Of a stretch of DNA of 64,000 bases, positions 41,177-50,753 are shown piece after piece. The first letter of the stretch is position 1. Every line of letters begins with the position of its first letter. The translations under genes and the position numbers were made by a program. The DNA comes from Gammaproteobacteria bacterium. GTDB taxonomy: Bacteria > Pseudomonadota > Gammaproteobacteria > Acidiferrobacterales > SZUA-150. The stretch is from the NCBI GenBank assembly GCA_036986275.1, contig BTRG01000001.1, forward strand, positions 27,042 to 91,041. Reading direction: 5' to 3'. The notes beneath the pieces are model-generated. The model searched no databases. It worked only from the letters and a program-made list of their open reading frames with translations, and had not been told where the DNA came from.

Positions 41177-44100
41177 ATGAATCTGAAAATCCGACATCTT
41201 TTGTCCGTGCTGTTTGGCCTGATGGTGTTGAACGCGTTGGGCTTCATCGCTTGGGAGGCATCCGATCTGACGGCCACTTCCCGCAAAGCCGACTGGCTGG
41301 TCCAGGCCAACCGCCTGGCGGACCTGGTCATCAAGGCAAACTCGATGCAAGCCAGGGAACGCGGTCTTACCAATATCCTGATTGCCCATCCGGAGGCGGT
41401 CATGGACAAAATGCGGGTGAAAATGTTCGAGTTGCGGGTCGCGGGTGATGTCCCCTATCGCCAGGCGCTGACCATAGCCCGGGAGATCGCCGGGCGGGAC
41501 GACTCCCATCCCCTGACCGGCGGTCTGAAAATTCTCGCCAAGCGCCGGGCGGCTCTGGAAAACGCGAGAATGCTTGCTGACCGGATCATCGACAATAAAG
41601 ACATCTCCATGGGAAAGGAAACGTGGGTCAAAACCATGGATGCCTTCATCGAGTCCCTCGCCCAGGTGCGACGCGACGCGTTCGATCCCGTGGACGAGTT
41701 TGACAGGGCCTACCGCGACAATCTGCAGGCCAAGGAGATCGTATTCTCCGTCAGCGATCATGCGGGACGGGAACGGGCCATCATCGGTGCGGCCATTGCC
41801 GAAGGTCGGCCAATGTCCATGGATGATAGACACAAGCTCCTGTCTTACCGCGCTATTGTGGAAAGTGAGCTGAGACAGCTTGCGTCGAAGGTAGAGGAAA
41901 CCGACCGGGGACCGCAACTGAAAAAGGCCATGGACAGGCTCAACAAGGAGTTTCTGGGCCGTTATCAGCGGCTGCGTGCAGCGGTGTATACGGCCAGCGA
42001 ACAACGCACTGCCTATCCGATCAATGCCGCTACATGGTTCACCGAGGCCACCCGTGGCATCGACTCGATCCTGGCGGTGGCGACCGCCATCAGCCGGCGT
42101 ACGGAACAGGGTACTAGCGCAGTGCAGCGGCAGAAGATCAGGGAGGCAGTGTTGTTAATTGCACTGATATCCATAGCTCTGGTGGCTGTGTTCGCCACGA
42201 TCATGCTGGTCCGCAGGCGCATAATTCTGCCTCTACAAGTACTGGCTACGGCCTCCGAAAGGATCACGAAAGGCGACCTGCACCAGCCGCTTGCAATTTC
42301 CGGAAATGACGAATTCAGTGTGCTTGCCCGTTCATTCGAGCAGATGAGGTGTTCTTTGCTAAGTGACATCACGGAGCGTGAAAGGGTGGAAGCAACGTTA
42401 CAGGAAAGCGAAGCGCGCAGCCGGGCGATTGTGGAGACGGCGGTTGATGGCATTATTACCATTGATGAATCGGGTTTTATTGACACTTTTAATCCCGCGG
42501 CGGAAAAGATATTTGGCTACCGTGCTGATGAATTGGTTGGGCGTAATGTCACTATATTAATGCCGGCGGCCTATCGCAATGACCACCAAAACGGCCTGAC
42601 GCGATACTTGCGAACTGGCAAAGCCAGAATTCTCGGCCGCGATAAGATAGAGGTTGCAGGCTTGCGCAAGGATGGTGCGGAGTTTCCCATGGAGCTGTCG
42701 ATCAGCGCGATGCATGTGCGTGAAAACCGCCACTTCACCGGAATCATGCGCGATATCAGCGAGCGCAAGCAGGCCCAAGCGACGCTGCGCCTCAGTGAGG
42801 AGCGTTTCGCGCTGGTGGCGCGCGGCACCCAGGATGGTCTTTGGGACTGGGATCTGGTTACTGGCCAGGTCTATTTCTCACCGCGCTGGAAGGAAATGCT
42901 GGGCTACGGCGAGGCCGAGATAGCGAATGACTTTGCTGCCTTGCAGGACCTGATTCATGCGGACGATCTCGGTGTCGCCCTGGAGGCGTGGCTCGATTGC
43001 ATGGAGGGGAAAACGGATACCTTTTCCGTTGAGTACCGGCTGCGGGACAAGCAGGGGGGGTATCGCTGGATACAGTGCCGCGGCATGTCCGTGGGCGAAG
43101 GGGAAGGCGAGCCGGTGCGTATGGCCGGTTCACATACCGACATCAGCGAACGCCGGCAGGCCCAGGAGCAACTGCAAAAAACCAGCGTTCGTCTTCAGTA
43201 CCTGATGGACAACAGTCCCGCGGTAATCTACAGCGCGGTGGCATCGGGCGATTTCAGAATCACTTCTGTCAGTGAGAATGTTACCCGGTTATTGGGTTAT
43301 ACGCCTGCCGAAATGCAGGCTGATCAGAATTTTTGGCACGACCATATTCACCCCGATGACACAAAACCCGTGTTTTCTAAATTATTTACCCTATTTTTGG
43401 ATATGGAACAGACCCATGAATACCGTTTCCGCCGCAAAGACGGCAGTTATTGCTGGATCCATGACACCCTGCGGGTGAGCAGCAATGCCGATGGTGAGGC
43501 CCTGGAGGTGTTGGGTTCGTTGATGGATATCACTGAGCGCAAGCACATGGAAAACCGGTTGCAGGCGGAAAAGGACGAGCAGCAGGTATTGATCCAGAAA
43601 CTGCAAGAGGCCCAGGAACAACTGCTGCAATCAGAGAAGTTGGCCTCTATTGGCCAACTGGCCGCCGGTGTGGCCCACGAGATCAACAACCCGGTGGGTT
43701 ATATCTATTCCAACCTCAGTACCTTGCAGGGCTATACCGGCAAGCTTATTGAAATGCTGAACCTGTATGAGGTCATCGAGCCTTCATCCTCCGTAGATTC
43801 CACCATCAGGGACCAGCTTGCTACCAAGAAGGAAGAGCTTGAACTCGACTATCTGAAAGAGGACGTGCAGGACCTGGTCACGGAATCTCTGGAGGGCATC
43901 AATCGGGTCAAGCAGATCGTGCAGGACCTCAAGGATTTCTCCCACGTAGATCAGGCCGAATGGCAATGGACCGATTTGCATCGCGGGTTGGACAGTACCC
44001 TCAACATCGTCAACAACGAGATCAAGTACAAGGCCGAGGTGGTCAAGGAATATGGCGAACTGCCATTGGTGGAGTGCCTGGCCTCGCAACTCAATCAGGT

Positions 44101-44521
44101 GTTCATGAACCTGCTGGTCAATGCCGCCCACGCCATCGAGCAGCGGGGCACGATTACCATACGAACAAATACGGAAGGCGAATGGGTGTGGGTGGAGATC
44201 AGTGATACCGGCAAGGGTATCGATGCCGAACACCTGAAGCGCATCTTCGATCCCTTCTTCACCACCAAGCCGGTGGGCACTGGCACCGGCCTGGGCCTGT
44301 CACTGTCCTACGGCATCGTCAACAAGCACGGCGGGCGCATCGAGGTGGACAGCGAGCCAGGTAAAGGCACCACCTTCCGAGTGTGGCTGCCAGTGGGGCA
44401 GGCGCAGGACTCAGGTAACGACCAGCAGCAAGACAGTCCACAACAGACGCCAGAAACAAATGATGCGGAGAGTGCGGATCAGGCCACGAAAGTCGAACAC
44501 CTGAAACGCATGCACCGCTAG
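41177..44521 (+). CDS. Sensor histidine kinase (NIT-like periplasmic domain, HAMP, 3 PAS, NtrB-like transmitter)
   Basis: QARERG and AGRERA between two TMs; three PAS/PAC; AHEINNP. Confidence 0.9.
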   Translation: MNLKIRHLLSVLFGLMVLNALGFIAWEASDLTATSRKADWLVQANRLADLVIKANSMQARERGLTNILIAHPEAVMDKMRVKMFELRVAGDVPYRQALTIAREIAGRDDSHPLTGGLKILAKRRAALENARMLADRIIDNKDISMGKETWVKTMDAFIESLAQVRRDAFDPVDEFDRAYRDNLQAKEIVFSVSDHAGRERAIIGAAIAEGRPMSMDDRHKLLSYRAIVESELRQLASKVEETDRGPQLKKAMDRLNKEFLGRYQRLRAAVYTASEQRTAYPINAATWFTEATRGIDSILAVATAISRRTEQGTSAVQRQKIREAVLLIALISIALVAVFATIMLVRRRIILPLQVLATASERITKGDLHQPLAISGNDEFSVLARSFEQMRCSLLSDITERERVEATLQESEARSRAIVETAVDGIITIDESGFIDTFNPAAEKIFGYRADELVGRNVTILMPAAYRNDHQNGLTRYLRTGKARILGRDKIEVAGLRKDGAEFPMELSISAMHVRENRHFTGIMRDISERKQAQATLRLSEERFALVARGTQDGLWDWDLVTGQVYFSPRWKEMLGYGEAEIANDFAALQDLIHADDLGVALEAWLDCMEGKTDTFSVEYRLRDKQGGYRWIQCRGMSVGEGEGEPVRMAGSHTDISERRQAQEQLQKTSVRLQYLMDNSPAVIYSAVASGDFRITSVSENVTRLLGYTPAEMQADQNFWHDHIHPDDTKPVFSKLFTLFLDMEQTHEYRFRRKDGSYCWIHDTLRVSSNADGEALEVLGSLMDITERKHMENRLQAEKDEQQVLIQKLQEAQEQLLQSEKLASIGQLAAGVAHEINNPVGYIYSNLSTLQGYTGKLIEMLNLYEVIEPSSSVDSTIRDQLATKKEELELDYLKEDVQDLVTESLEGINRVKQIVQDLKDFSHVDQAEWQWTDLHRGLDSTLNIVNNEIKYKAEVVKEYGELPLVECLASQLNQVFMNLLVNAAHAIEQRGTITIRTNTEGEWVWVEISDTGKGIDAEHLKRIFDPFFTTKPVGTGTGLGLSLSYGIVNKHGGRIEVDSEPGKGTTFRVWLPVGQAQDSGNDQQQDSPQQTPETNDAESADQATKVEHLKRMHR

Positions 44522-44546
44522 GTATAAACGATTGGAGAATGTAACG

Positions 44547-45890
44547 ATGAATGCGGCCAATGCACAGACACCCGTACAGTCACAACAACAGCCACGGCAA
44601 CAGGCGACCTTGTTGTTCGTCGATGATGAGGCAAACATCCTGTCATCCTTAAAGCGGGTGTTCCGCCCGCTGGGCTACCGTATTTTTACCGCCTTGGGAG
44701 GCGCCGAGGGATTGGCAATCATGGAGCAGGAAAATATTGATCTGGTGATCACCGATATGCGTATGCCGGAAATGGATGGCGCGGAATTCCTGCAGCAGGC
44801 GACCCAACGTTGGCCCAATACCATGCGTATTCTACTGACCGGTTATGCCGATCTGACTTCCACCATCTCCGCTGTCAACAAGGGCAAGATTTATAGTTAT
44901 ATCAGCAAACCCTGGGAAGAAAATGATATTACCTTGCAAGTCAGGCACGCCTTGCAACAGCGTGCGCTGGAACAGGAGCGCCGTCACCTGGTGGCGCTGA
45001 CCCGACGGCAAAACGAGGAACTCAAGGAACTCAATACTGGTCTGGAGGCCAAGGTGGCGGCGCGCACCATGGAACTCCAGCAAACGGCGAGTTTCCTGGA
45101 ACTGGCCAACGAATCACTCAAGACAAGTTATGTCACCACCATCAAGACCTTCGTCAGTCTGATCGAGATGCGCGAGGGTAAAGGGGTGGTTGCGGGACAT
45201 TCCCGGCGGGTTGCGGAACTGACAGGAAAGCTGGCGCGGTGTCTGGGCAAGACCGGCGAGGGTGTGCAGGACCTTGTCTATGCCGCCCTGTTGCACGACA
45301 TCGGCAAGATAGGCCTGCCGGATGCGCTGGTTGGTAAGGCCTTTAATGCCATGACGCCGGATGAAAGCAAGGAGGTGCGCAAGCACCCGGTTATCGGCCA
45401 GGCCGTGCTGATGGCGCTGGAACCCCTGCATGAGGCGGCCCTCTTGATTCGCAGCCACCATGAGCGTTATGACGGCCAGGGTTACCCGGATGGGTTGAAG
45501 GGGGAGGCCATACCCCTGGGTGCACGCATGCTGTCGGTGGCCAATGATTACGATGCCCTGTTACAAGGCACCCTGGTGAACGGATGCCTGTCCGATAACC
45601 AGGCTAGGCAGTTTTTACGGGAAAACAGTGGCAAACGTTACGATCGGCAAATTGTCGATGCCTTTCTCGCCCTGCTTGATGAAGAAGGGCAGGAGAGCGG
45701 GACGCAATTCCGGCAGGTCAAAACCAACGGGCTGGTGAGCGGTATGGTGCTGGCCCGGGACCTGATGACCGAGGACGGCATTCTGTTGTTGTCCAAGGGC
45801 TATGCCCTCAACGAGGTGTTGATCGAAAAGATCCAGAACGCCGAAGAGGCCATGAATGGCGATTTCATTGTTTTGATTCGCAACACATAA
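44547..45890 (+). CDS. REC-HD-GYP c-di-GMP phosphodiesterase
   Basis: TDMRMP; GHSRRVA, LLHDIGK, HHERYDGQGYPDGL. Confidence 0.92.
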   Translation: MNAANAQTPVQSQQQPRQQATLLFVDDEANILSSLKRVFRPLGYRIFTALGGAEGLAIMEQENIDLVITDMRMPEMDGAEFLQQATQRWPNTMRILLTGYADLTSTISAVNKGKIYSYISKPWEENDITLQVRHALQQRALEQERRHLVALTRRQNEELKELNTGLEAKVAARTMELQQTASFLELANESLKTSYVTTIKTFVSLIEMREGKGVVAGHSRRVAELTGKLARCLGKTGEGVQDLVYAALLHDIGKIGLPDALVGKAFNAMTPDESKEVRKHPVIGQAVLMALEPLHEAALLIRSHHERYDGQGYPDGLKGEAIPLGARMLSVANDYDALLQGTLVNGCLSDNQARQFLRENSGKRYDRQIVDAFLALLDEEGQESGTQFRQVKTNGLVSGMVLARDLMTEDGILLLSKGYALNEVLIEKIQNAEEAMNGDFIVLIRNT

Positions 45891-45912
45891 GTTAAAGAGT
45901 AAAGGTGTGATT

Positions 45913-46446
45913 ATGTACAACATTCTGTTAGTCGACGATGAAGAGAATATTCTCAAGGCCTTACAGCGGACATTGGGTCGACAGCGGGACTGGGAGATCG
46001 AAATCTATACCCGTGCCGAGGAGGCATTGCAGCGCATGCGGGTCAAGAATTTTGAACTGGTGCTGTCGGATTACCGTATGCCGGAGATGGACGGGGTACA
46101 GTTTCTCAGCCAGGTCAAGCAACTACAACCCGATGCCGCGCGACTGATCATCAGTGGTTACACGGATCTGGACGCCTTGCTGGGGGCAATCAACGAGGCC
46201 AGTATTTACCGTTTCATCAGTAAGCCGTGGAATGATTACGATTTGGTTGCCACCCTCGAACATGCGTTGAGTTATCGCGATATGCAGGTGGAAAATCGTC
46301 GCCTGGCGGACCAGGTCAGGGAGCAACGGCAACAACTGAACCGGCAGCAGGCCGCCCTGGAGGAACTGGAGGCCAAATACCCGGGGATCACACAGGTCGA
46401 TCGGGCGCCCGATGGCTCGATCAGGCTTGATGAGGGCCAAATATGA
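45913..46446 (+). CDS. Response regulator (REC + coiled coil)
   Basis: VDDEENIL, SDYRMP, SKPWND; tail LEAKYPGITQV. Confidence 0.88.
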   Translation: MYNILLVDDEENILKALQRTLGRQRDWEIEIYTRAEEALQRMRVKNFELVLSDYRMPEMDGVQFLSQVKQLQPDAARLIISGYTDLDALLGAINEASIYRFISKPWNDYDLVATLEHALSYRDMQVENRRLADQVREQRQQLNRQQAALEELEAKYPGITQVDRAPDGSIRLDEGQI

Positions 46447-46455
46447 TGCTTAGGG

Positions 46456-47136
46456 ATGACTATGGCTGAATTCGATGAGCGTCATAAAAAGCTGACCGTC
46501 AAGCTGGTCTATTATGGTCCCGCCCTGAGCGGCAAGACCACCAACCTGATGCGTCTGCACGACCGGCTGCAAGCGGAGCTCAAGGGCGAGATGATGGTGC
46601 TGGAAACCAACGATGATCGTACCCTGTTCTTCGATCTGTTACCGCTGGGCATGACCGCACCCTCCGGTCTGTTGGTGAAACTGAAACTGTTCACCGTCCC
46701 GGGGCAGGTGGCCCATGACAGCACCCGTAAGGCGGTACTGTCCCGTGCCGACGGTGTGGTGTTCGTGGCCGATTCCCAACGCACCCAGAGCATCAACAAC
46801 GGCGTTTCCTTCGACAACCTGGCCGCCAATGCCGCGCGCGTCGGTCTCGACTTCGATCGTCTGCCATTGGTGGTCCAGTTTAACAAACGCGACCTGCCGG
46901 ATGTGCTCACGGAGCAGGAAATCCTTACACGCTGGCGGGAGACCCCCTGGCCGGTGGTGTTTAGCAGTGCCTTGCAGGACGTTGGTGTTAGCGAGACCTT
47001 CCGGGAACTGCTGCAGCAGGTGTACCGGTCTCTGGATGGGCGTTATGCCCTGGCGCAGCAGCATGCTCTGCCAGCGGCGATGTTCGTCGCCGGGGTTATG
47101 GGTGATGACGAAACAACGAGGCGTAGGTTGGGGTGA
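46456..47136 (+). CDS. MglA-family small Ras-like GTPase
   Basis: KLVYYGPALSGKTTNL, DRTLFFD, TVPGQ, DGVVFVADSQ, NKRDL. Confidence 0.92.
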   Translation: MTMAEFDERHKKLTVKLVYYGPALSGKTTNLMRLHDRLQAELKGEMMVLETNDDRTLFFDLLPLGMTAPSGLLVKLKLFTVPGQVAHDSTRKAVLSRADGVVFVADSQRTQSINNGVSFDNLAANAARVGLDFDRLPLVVQFNKRDLPDVLTEQEILTRWRETPWPVVFSSALQDVGVSETFRELLQQVYRSLDGRYALAQQHALPAAMFVAGVMGDDETTRRRLG

Positions 47137-47207
47137 GGTACGAACCCCAACATGGGTGGCATCGGAAACTATTGATTGTTGGGGTTCGCAAGCTCACCCC
47201 AACCTAC
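47123..47207. repeat. Inverted REP doublet (REPIN-like), GTAG family
   Basis: GTAGGTTGGGGTGAGGTACGAACCCCAACA (47123-52) and inverted GTAGGTTGGGGTGAGCTTGCGAACCCCAACA (47177-207). Confidence 0.85.
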
Positions 47208-47238
47208 ATGCTTTTATCTTGCAACTGCTTTTATAACC

Positions 47239-48513
47239 ATGAATGTCACTGATCCTCATAGCATACAAACGCCGGCCTTCGATCGGGAATTGAGCCTGGA
47301 GGCCTTGCTGGAGGGGTGTGACCTAGACCGCTTGATACCAGCACTCGCCACACTGCTGGGCACGCCCTTTCGCCTGCTGTCCGCTGATGGCGAGTTTGTG
47401 TGCGGCGATAAACTGGAGACCGTTGCCACGCGTGTTCCTCTGTGCATCGAGCTGGAGCCCATCGCCTATCTGGAAGTGCAGGATACCAACGAGGAACAGT
47501 TACTGGCCGCCGCCGGTCTTGTGGAGCTGGTGCTACGCGGCACGGCCCGTTACCTGATGGTGTCCGGTTTGCACAGTCAGACAGTACAGACCGATTACGA
47601 AGAACTGCAACGTCGACATCAGGCCCTGGAGGCCTCGGAACAGCGTTACCGGGAGCTGGCGAAAACCCTCGAGCAACGGGTTGCCGACCAGGTGGATACC
47701 ATCGAGACTACCCAGCGCCAGCTTTATCAGGCGGAAAAACTGTCCGCGGTGGGTCAACTGGCCGCCGGGGTGGCGCACGAGATCAATAACCCCATAGGTT
47801 TTGTCATGAGCAACCTGAATACTGCCCGCGATTATCTCGATCAGCTGACAGCTTTTGCCAAAAACCTACAGCAGGAAGCCGGGGCCGCCGCGGCTTGGCG
47901 TGAGGCCGGTCTGGATACCCTGCTCACGGATTTTCACGACCTGTTGCGGGAGAGTCTGGAGGGCAGCGAACGTGTGGCGCGGATCGTGCGCGACCTGATG
48001 GGTTTTTCCAATACCGATGCCACCATCCGGGAGTCTGTCGATATCAATGCCTGTGTGCAAACAGTCTGCAATATGACCTCCGGTGAGATCAACCGGTATG
48101 CGGAGCTGGTGCTGGAGCTGGGTGAACTGCCCTCGCTCTATTGTCAGCCGGGCTACCTGGCACAGGCTCTGCTGAGTCTGTTGCTAAATGCCGACCGGGC
48201 CGTCAGAGACACCGGTAGACAAGACGGTAAGATTCGCGTGCAGACCAGGTTTGAACCAGGACGGGACGGAGAGACGGACGAGATCGGCATTCGCATCACG
48301 GACAATGGTGCGGGCATGGCGCCGGATACCTTGACGCGAGTATTTGATCCCTTTTTCACCACCCATGATGTGGGTGAGGGCACCGGCCTGGGGCTGACCC
48401 TCAGCCGGGACATCATCCAGGCCCACGGCGGTCGCATCGAGGTGGAAAGTGAACCGGGTGTGGGGACGACGGTAAATATTTATTTACCGATAGAAGTTGC
48501 GAGTAAGGAGTGA
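47239..48513 (+). CDS. Cytoplasmic histidine kinase (NtrB-like transmitter)
   Basis: QAEKLSAVGQLAAGVAHEINNP, DNGAG, DPFFTTHDVGEGTGLGL; no TM. Confidence 0.9.
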   Translation: MNVTDPHSIQTPAFDRELSLEALLEGCDLDRLIPALATLLGTPFRLLSADGEFVCGDKLETVATRVPLCIELEPIAYLEVQDTNEEQLLAAAGLVELVLRGTARYLMVSGLHSQTVQTDYEELQRRHQALEASEQRYRELAKTLEQRVADQVDTIETTQRQLYQAEKLSAVGQLAAGVAHEINNPIGFVMSNLNTARDYLDQLTAFAKNLQQEAGAAAAWREAGLDTLLTDFHDLLRESLEGSERVARIVRDLMGFSNTDATIRESVDINACVQTVCNMTSGEINRYAELVLELGELPSLYCQPGYLAQALLSLLLNADRAVRDTGRQDGKIRVQTRFEPGRDGETDEIGIRITDNGAGMAPDTLTRVFDPFFTTHDVGEGTGLGLTLSRDIIQAHGGRIEVESEPGVGTTVNIYLPIEVASKE

Positions 48514-48518
48514 CTAGG

Positions 48519-50753
48519 ATGACCAACTACGCTCCCCTATTTACCGGCCAGCCCGCCGATGAAGGCCAAGAGTCGTCCGAGGCGCCACAGATCTATAGCA
48601 TTCTGCTGGTGGATGATGAGCCCAACGTGCTGCATGCGTTACAGCGTGTTTTTCGTCAGGAGAACTACCGCATCCATACCGCCGGCAATGGTCGGGAGGC
48701 GTTGAGCATTCTAAAGGCCCAGACCTGCCAGCTCATTATTTCCGATTATCTGATGCCGGGGATGAATGGCGGGGAATTGCTGCGCGAGGTCAAGGCCCGC
48801 TATCCGCGGACCATCCGTATCATGCTCACCGGTCATGCGGATACCAATGCAGTGGTGGCGGCTGTCAAGGAAGGCGCCATTTACAAGTTTATGCTCAAGC
48901 CCTGGAACGATGACGATATACGCGTCACTGTGGCGTTGGCGTTGGAACAGTACGATTTGGTACAGCGCAACCAGGAACTGGAAAAACAGAATACAGCCAA
49001 GGCCAGGGAGATCAACGCCTTGGCCAAGCTGGCGGTCACCAACCGCAGTCAGCTGGCCATCATGCTGCACAAACGAAGCCTGCTCAATGACAAGCAAGTG
49101 CAGGAATTGTATCAACAGCAACAGCGGCGCAAGGAACCGATGGTCAAGCTGGTCCTGGAACAGGACTGGGTCAGTGAACGGCAGTTCCGCGATATCCTGC
49201 GCCAGGAATTCATGATCGAGGAGGTGGCGCTGGCAGAGATCCAGGTTGATACGGCGGTGGCGGCCCTGTTGCCGCGTAGCTTTTGCCAACGCCAGTGGGT
49301 GTTGCCGTTACGTCAGGTCAAACGGCACTTGACACTGGTGATGGCCGACCCGCTGGACAGTGGCCTGCTCGATGAATTGCGTTTTACCACCGGCCTGGAG
49401 ATCGGGGCCGTGATGGCCCCGGTGGCCGATATCCGGGCCAAGATCGACGAGGTCTATGGTGAGGAAATTATTTCGTTCGACGAACTGGAAACCATGGTAT
49501 CCAGCGCCGACCCGTTCGAGGGCATCGAAATCATTATCGAGGATGATGATGACATCCCCCTGGACGAACTGTTGCGTGGCACCGACGAACCGCCAGCCAT
49601 CCGCCTGGTCAACGCCATTATTTTGGAGGCGGTACGCCTGCGGGCCAGCGATATTCACATTCATCCGCGCACCAAGAGCGTGGTTGTGCGCTACCGCATC
49701 GACGGCATTCTGGTGGACAAGATTCAGGTGCCGCACCACTTGTTCCTGTCGCTGGTGTCACGCATCAAAATAATGGCCGAACTGGATATTTCCGAACGTC
49801 GGCGGCCCCAGGATGGCCGCATTACCGTGAAGACCCCGTTGCGGATTCTTGACCTGCGCATTTCCGTCCTGCCCACCCTCAACGGAGAAAAGATTGTCAT
49901 GCGCTTGCTGGACCGCAATGCGGAAGTTTTTTCCCTGAGTGCATTGGGACTTTCTGACGCCAATGAGACCACCATCATGAATGTAGTCAGCAAGCCCCAG
50001 GGCATTATCCTTGCCACGGGACCGACGGGCAGCGGCAAGACCTCCACCCTGTATGCCATGCTCCAGTATCAGGCCACGCCCGAAAAGAATTATGTCACCA
50101 TCGAGGACCCCGTTGAATATTATCTGGACATGGCGGGGCAGGTAATGGTCCGGGAAAAGATCGGGTTGGATTTCAGCAGCGTCCTGCGGGCTGTGTTACG
50201 CCAGGACCCGGATGTCATCCTGCTGGGTGAGATCCGCGATAGGGAAACCGCCGAGGTGGCCTTCCATGCCGCGTTAACGGGGCACCTGGTCTACACTACC
50301 CTGCACACCAACTCGGCAATCGCCACCATTGCCCGCCTGTTTGAGTTAGGCACCAAGTCCCATACCATCGCCTCTGCTCTGGAGGCCATTATTGCTCAGC
50401 GTCTGGTACGAAAGATCTGCGAAGACTGCCGTACACCTGTTACACCCCAACGGGATCTGTTGCACAAGCTGGGGCCCGTGTTTCAGGCTGAGGACATGGT
50501 ATTTTTTCAGGGCCAAGGTTGCGACCAGTGTCACCAGGCGGGTTATCTTGGCCGCGTCGGTATCTATGAAATATTGCTGCCCAGTGAAGAAATGTGCCAT
50601 TTGATCTCATCCGGATCCAGTGTGCGCGAGATCAGCGAAATGGCCAGGCAGGAAAATTTTACTACCCTGCTTGAAGATGCACGGGAAAAAGTAAAACAGG
50701 GACAAACCACTCTCCAAGAGGTGCTGCGGGTACTCGGTCCGCAGGTACTTTGA
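48519..50753 (+). CDS. REC-fused GspE/PilB/MshE-family secretion ATPase
   Basis: REC (SDYLMP, KPW); ASDIHI, PQDGR, GPTGSGKT, TIEDPVEY, LRQDPDVILLGEIRD, GHLVYTTLHTN, CEDC/CDQC. Confidence 0.93.
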   Translation: MTNYAPLFTGQPADEGQESSEAPQIYSILLVDDEPNVLHALQRVFRQENYRIHTAGNGREALSILKAQTCQLIISDYLMPGMNGGELLREVKARYPRTIRIMLTGHADTNAVVAAVKEGAIYKFMLKPWNDDDIRVTVALALEQYDLVQRNQELEKQNTAKAREINALAKLAVTNRSQLAIMLHKRSLLNDKQVQELYQQQQRRKEPMVKLVLEQDWVSERQFRDILRQEFMIEEVALAEIQVDTAVAALLPRSFCQRQWVLPLRQVKRHLTLVMADPLDSGLLDELRFTTGLEIGAVMAPVADIRAKIDEVYGEEIISFDELETMVSSADPFEGIEIIIEDDDDIPLDELLRGTDEPPAIRLVNAIILEAVRLRASDIHIHPRTKSVVVRYRIDGILVDKIQVPHHLFLSLVSRIKIMAELDISERRRPQDGRITVKTPLRILDLRISVLPTLNGEKIVMRLLDRNAEVFSLSALGLSDANETTIMNVVSKPQGIILATGPTGSGKTSTLYAMLQYQATPEKNYVTIEDPVEYYLDMAGQVMVREKIGLDFSSVLRAVLRQDPDVILLGEIRDRETAEVAFHAALTGHLVYTTLHTNSAIATIARLFELGTKSHTIASALEAIIAQRLVRKICEDCRTPVTPQRDLLHKLGPVFQAEDMVFFQGQGCDQCHQAGYLGRVGIYEILLPSEEMCHLISSGSSVREISEMARQENFTTLLEDAREKVKQGQTTLQEVLRVLGPQVL

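Noticed and set aside
41099-42004. Long antisense ORFs (also 13322-14119, 30463-31191, 31992-32696 and others)
   Set aside because: Shadows of well-supported genes in GC-rich coding DNA; no motifs
36890-44400. Diversity-generating retroelement (Avd-fold gene plus near-identical repeats as TR/VR)
   Set aside because: No reverse transcriptase in the window; the repeats are all in-frame kinase domains that differ mainly by synonymous C/T changes, not adenine-specific ones
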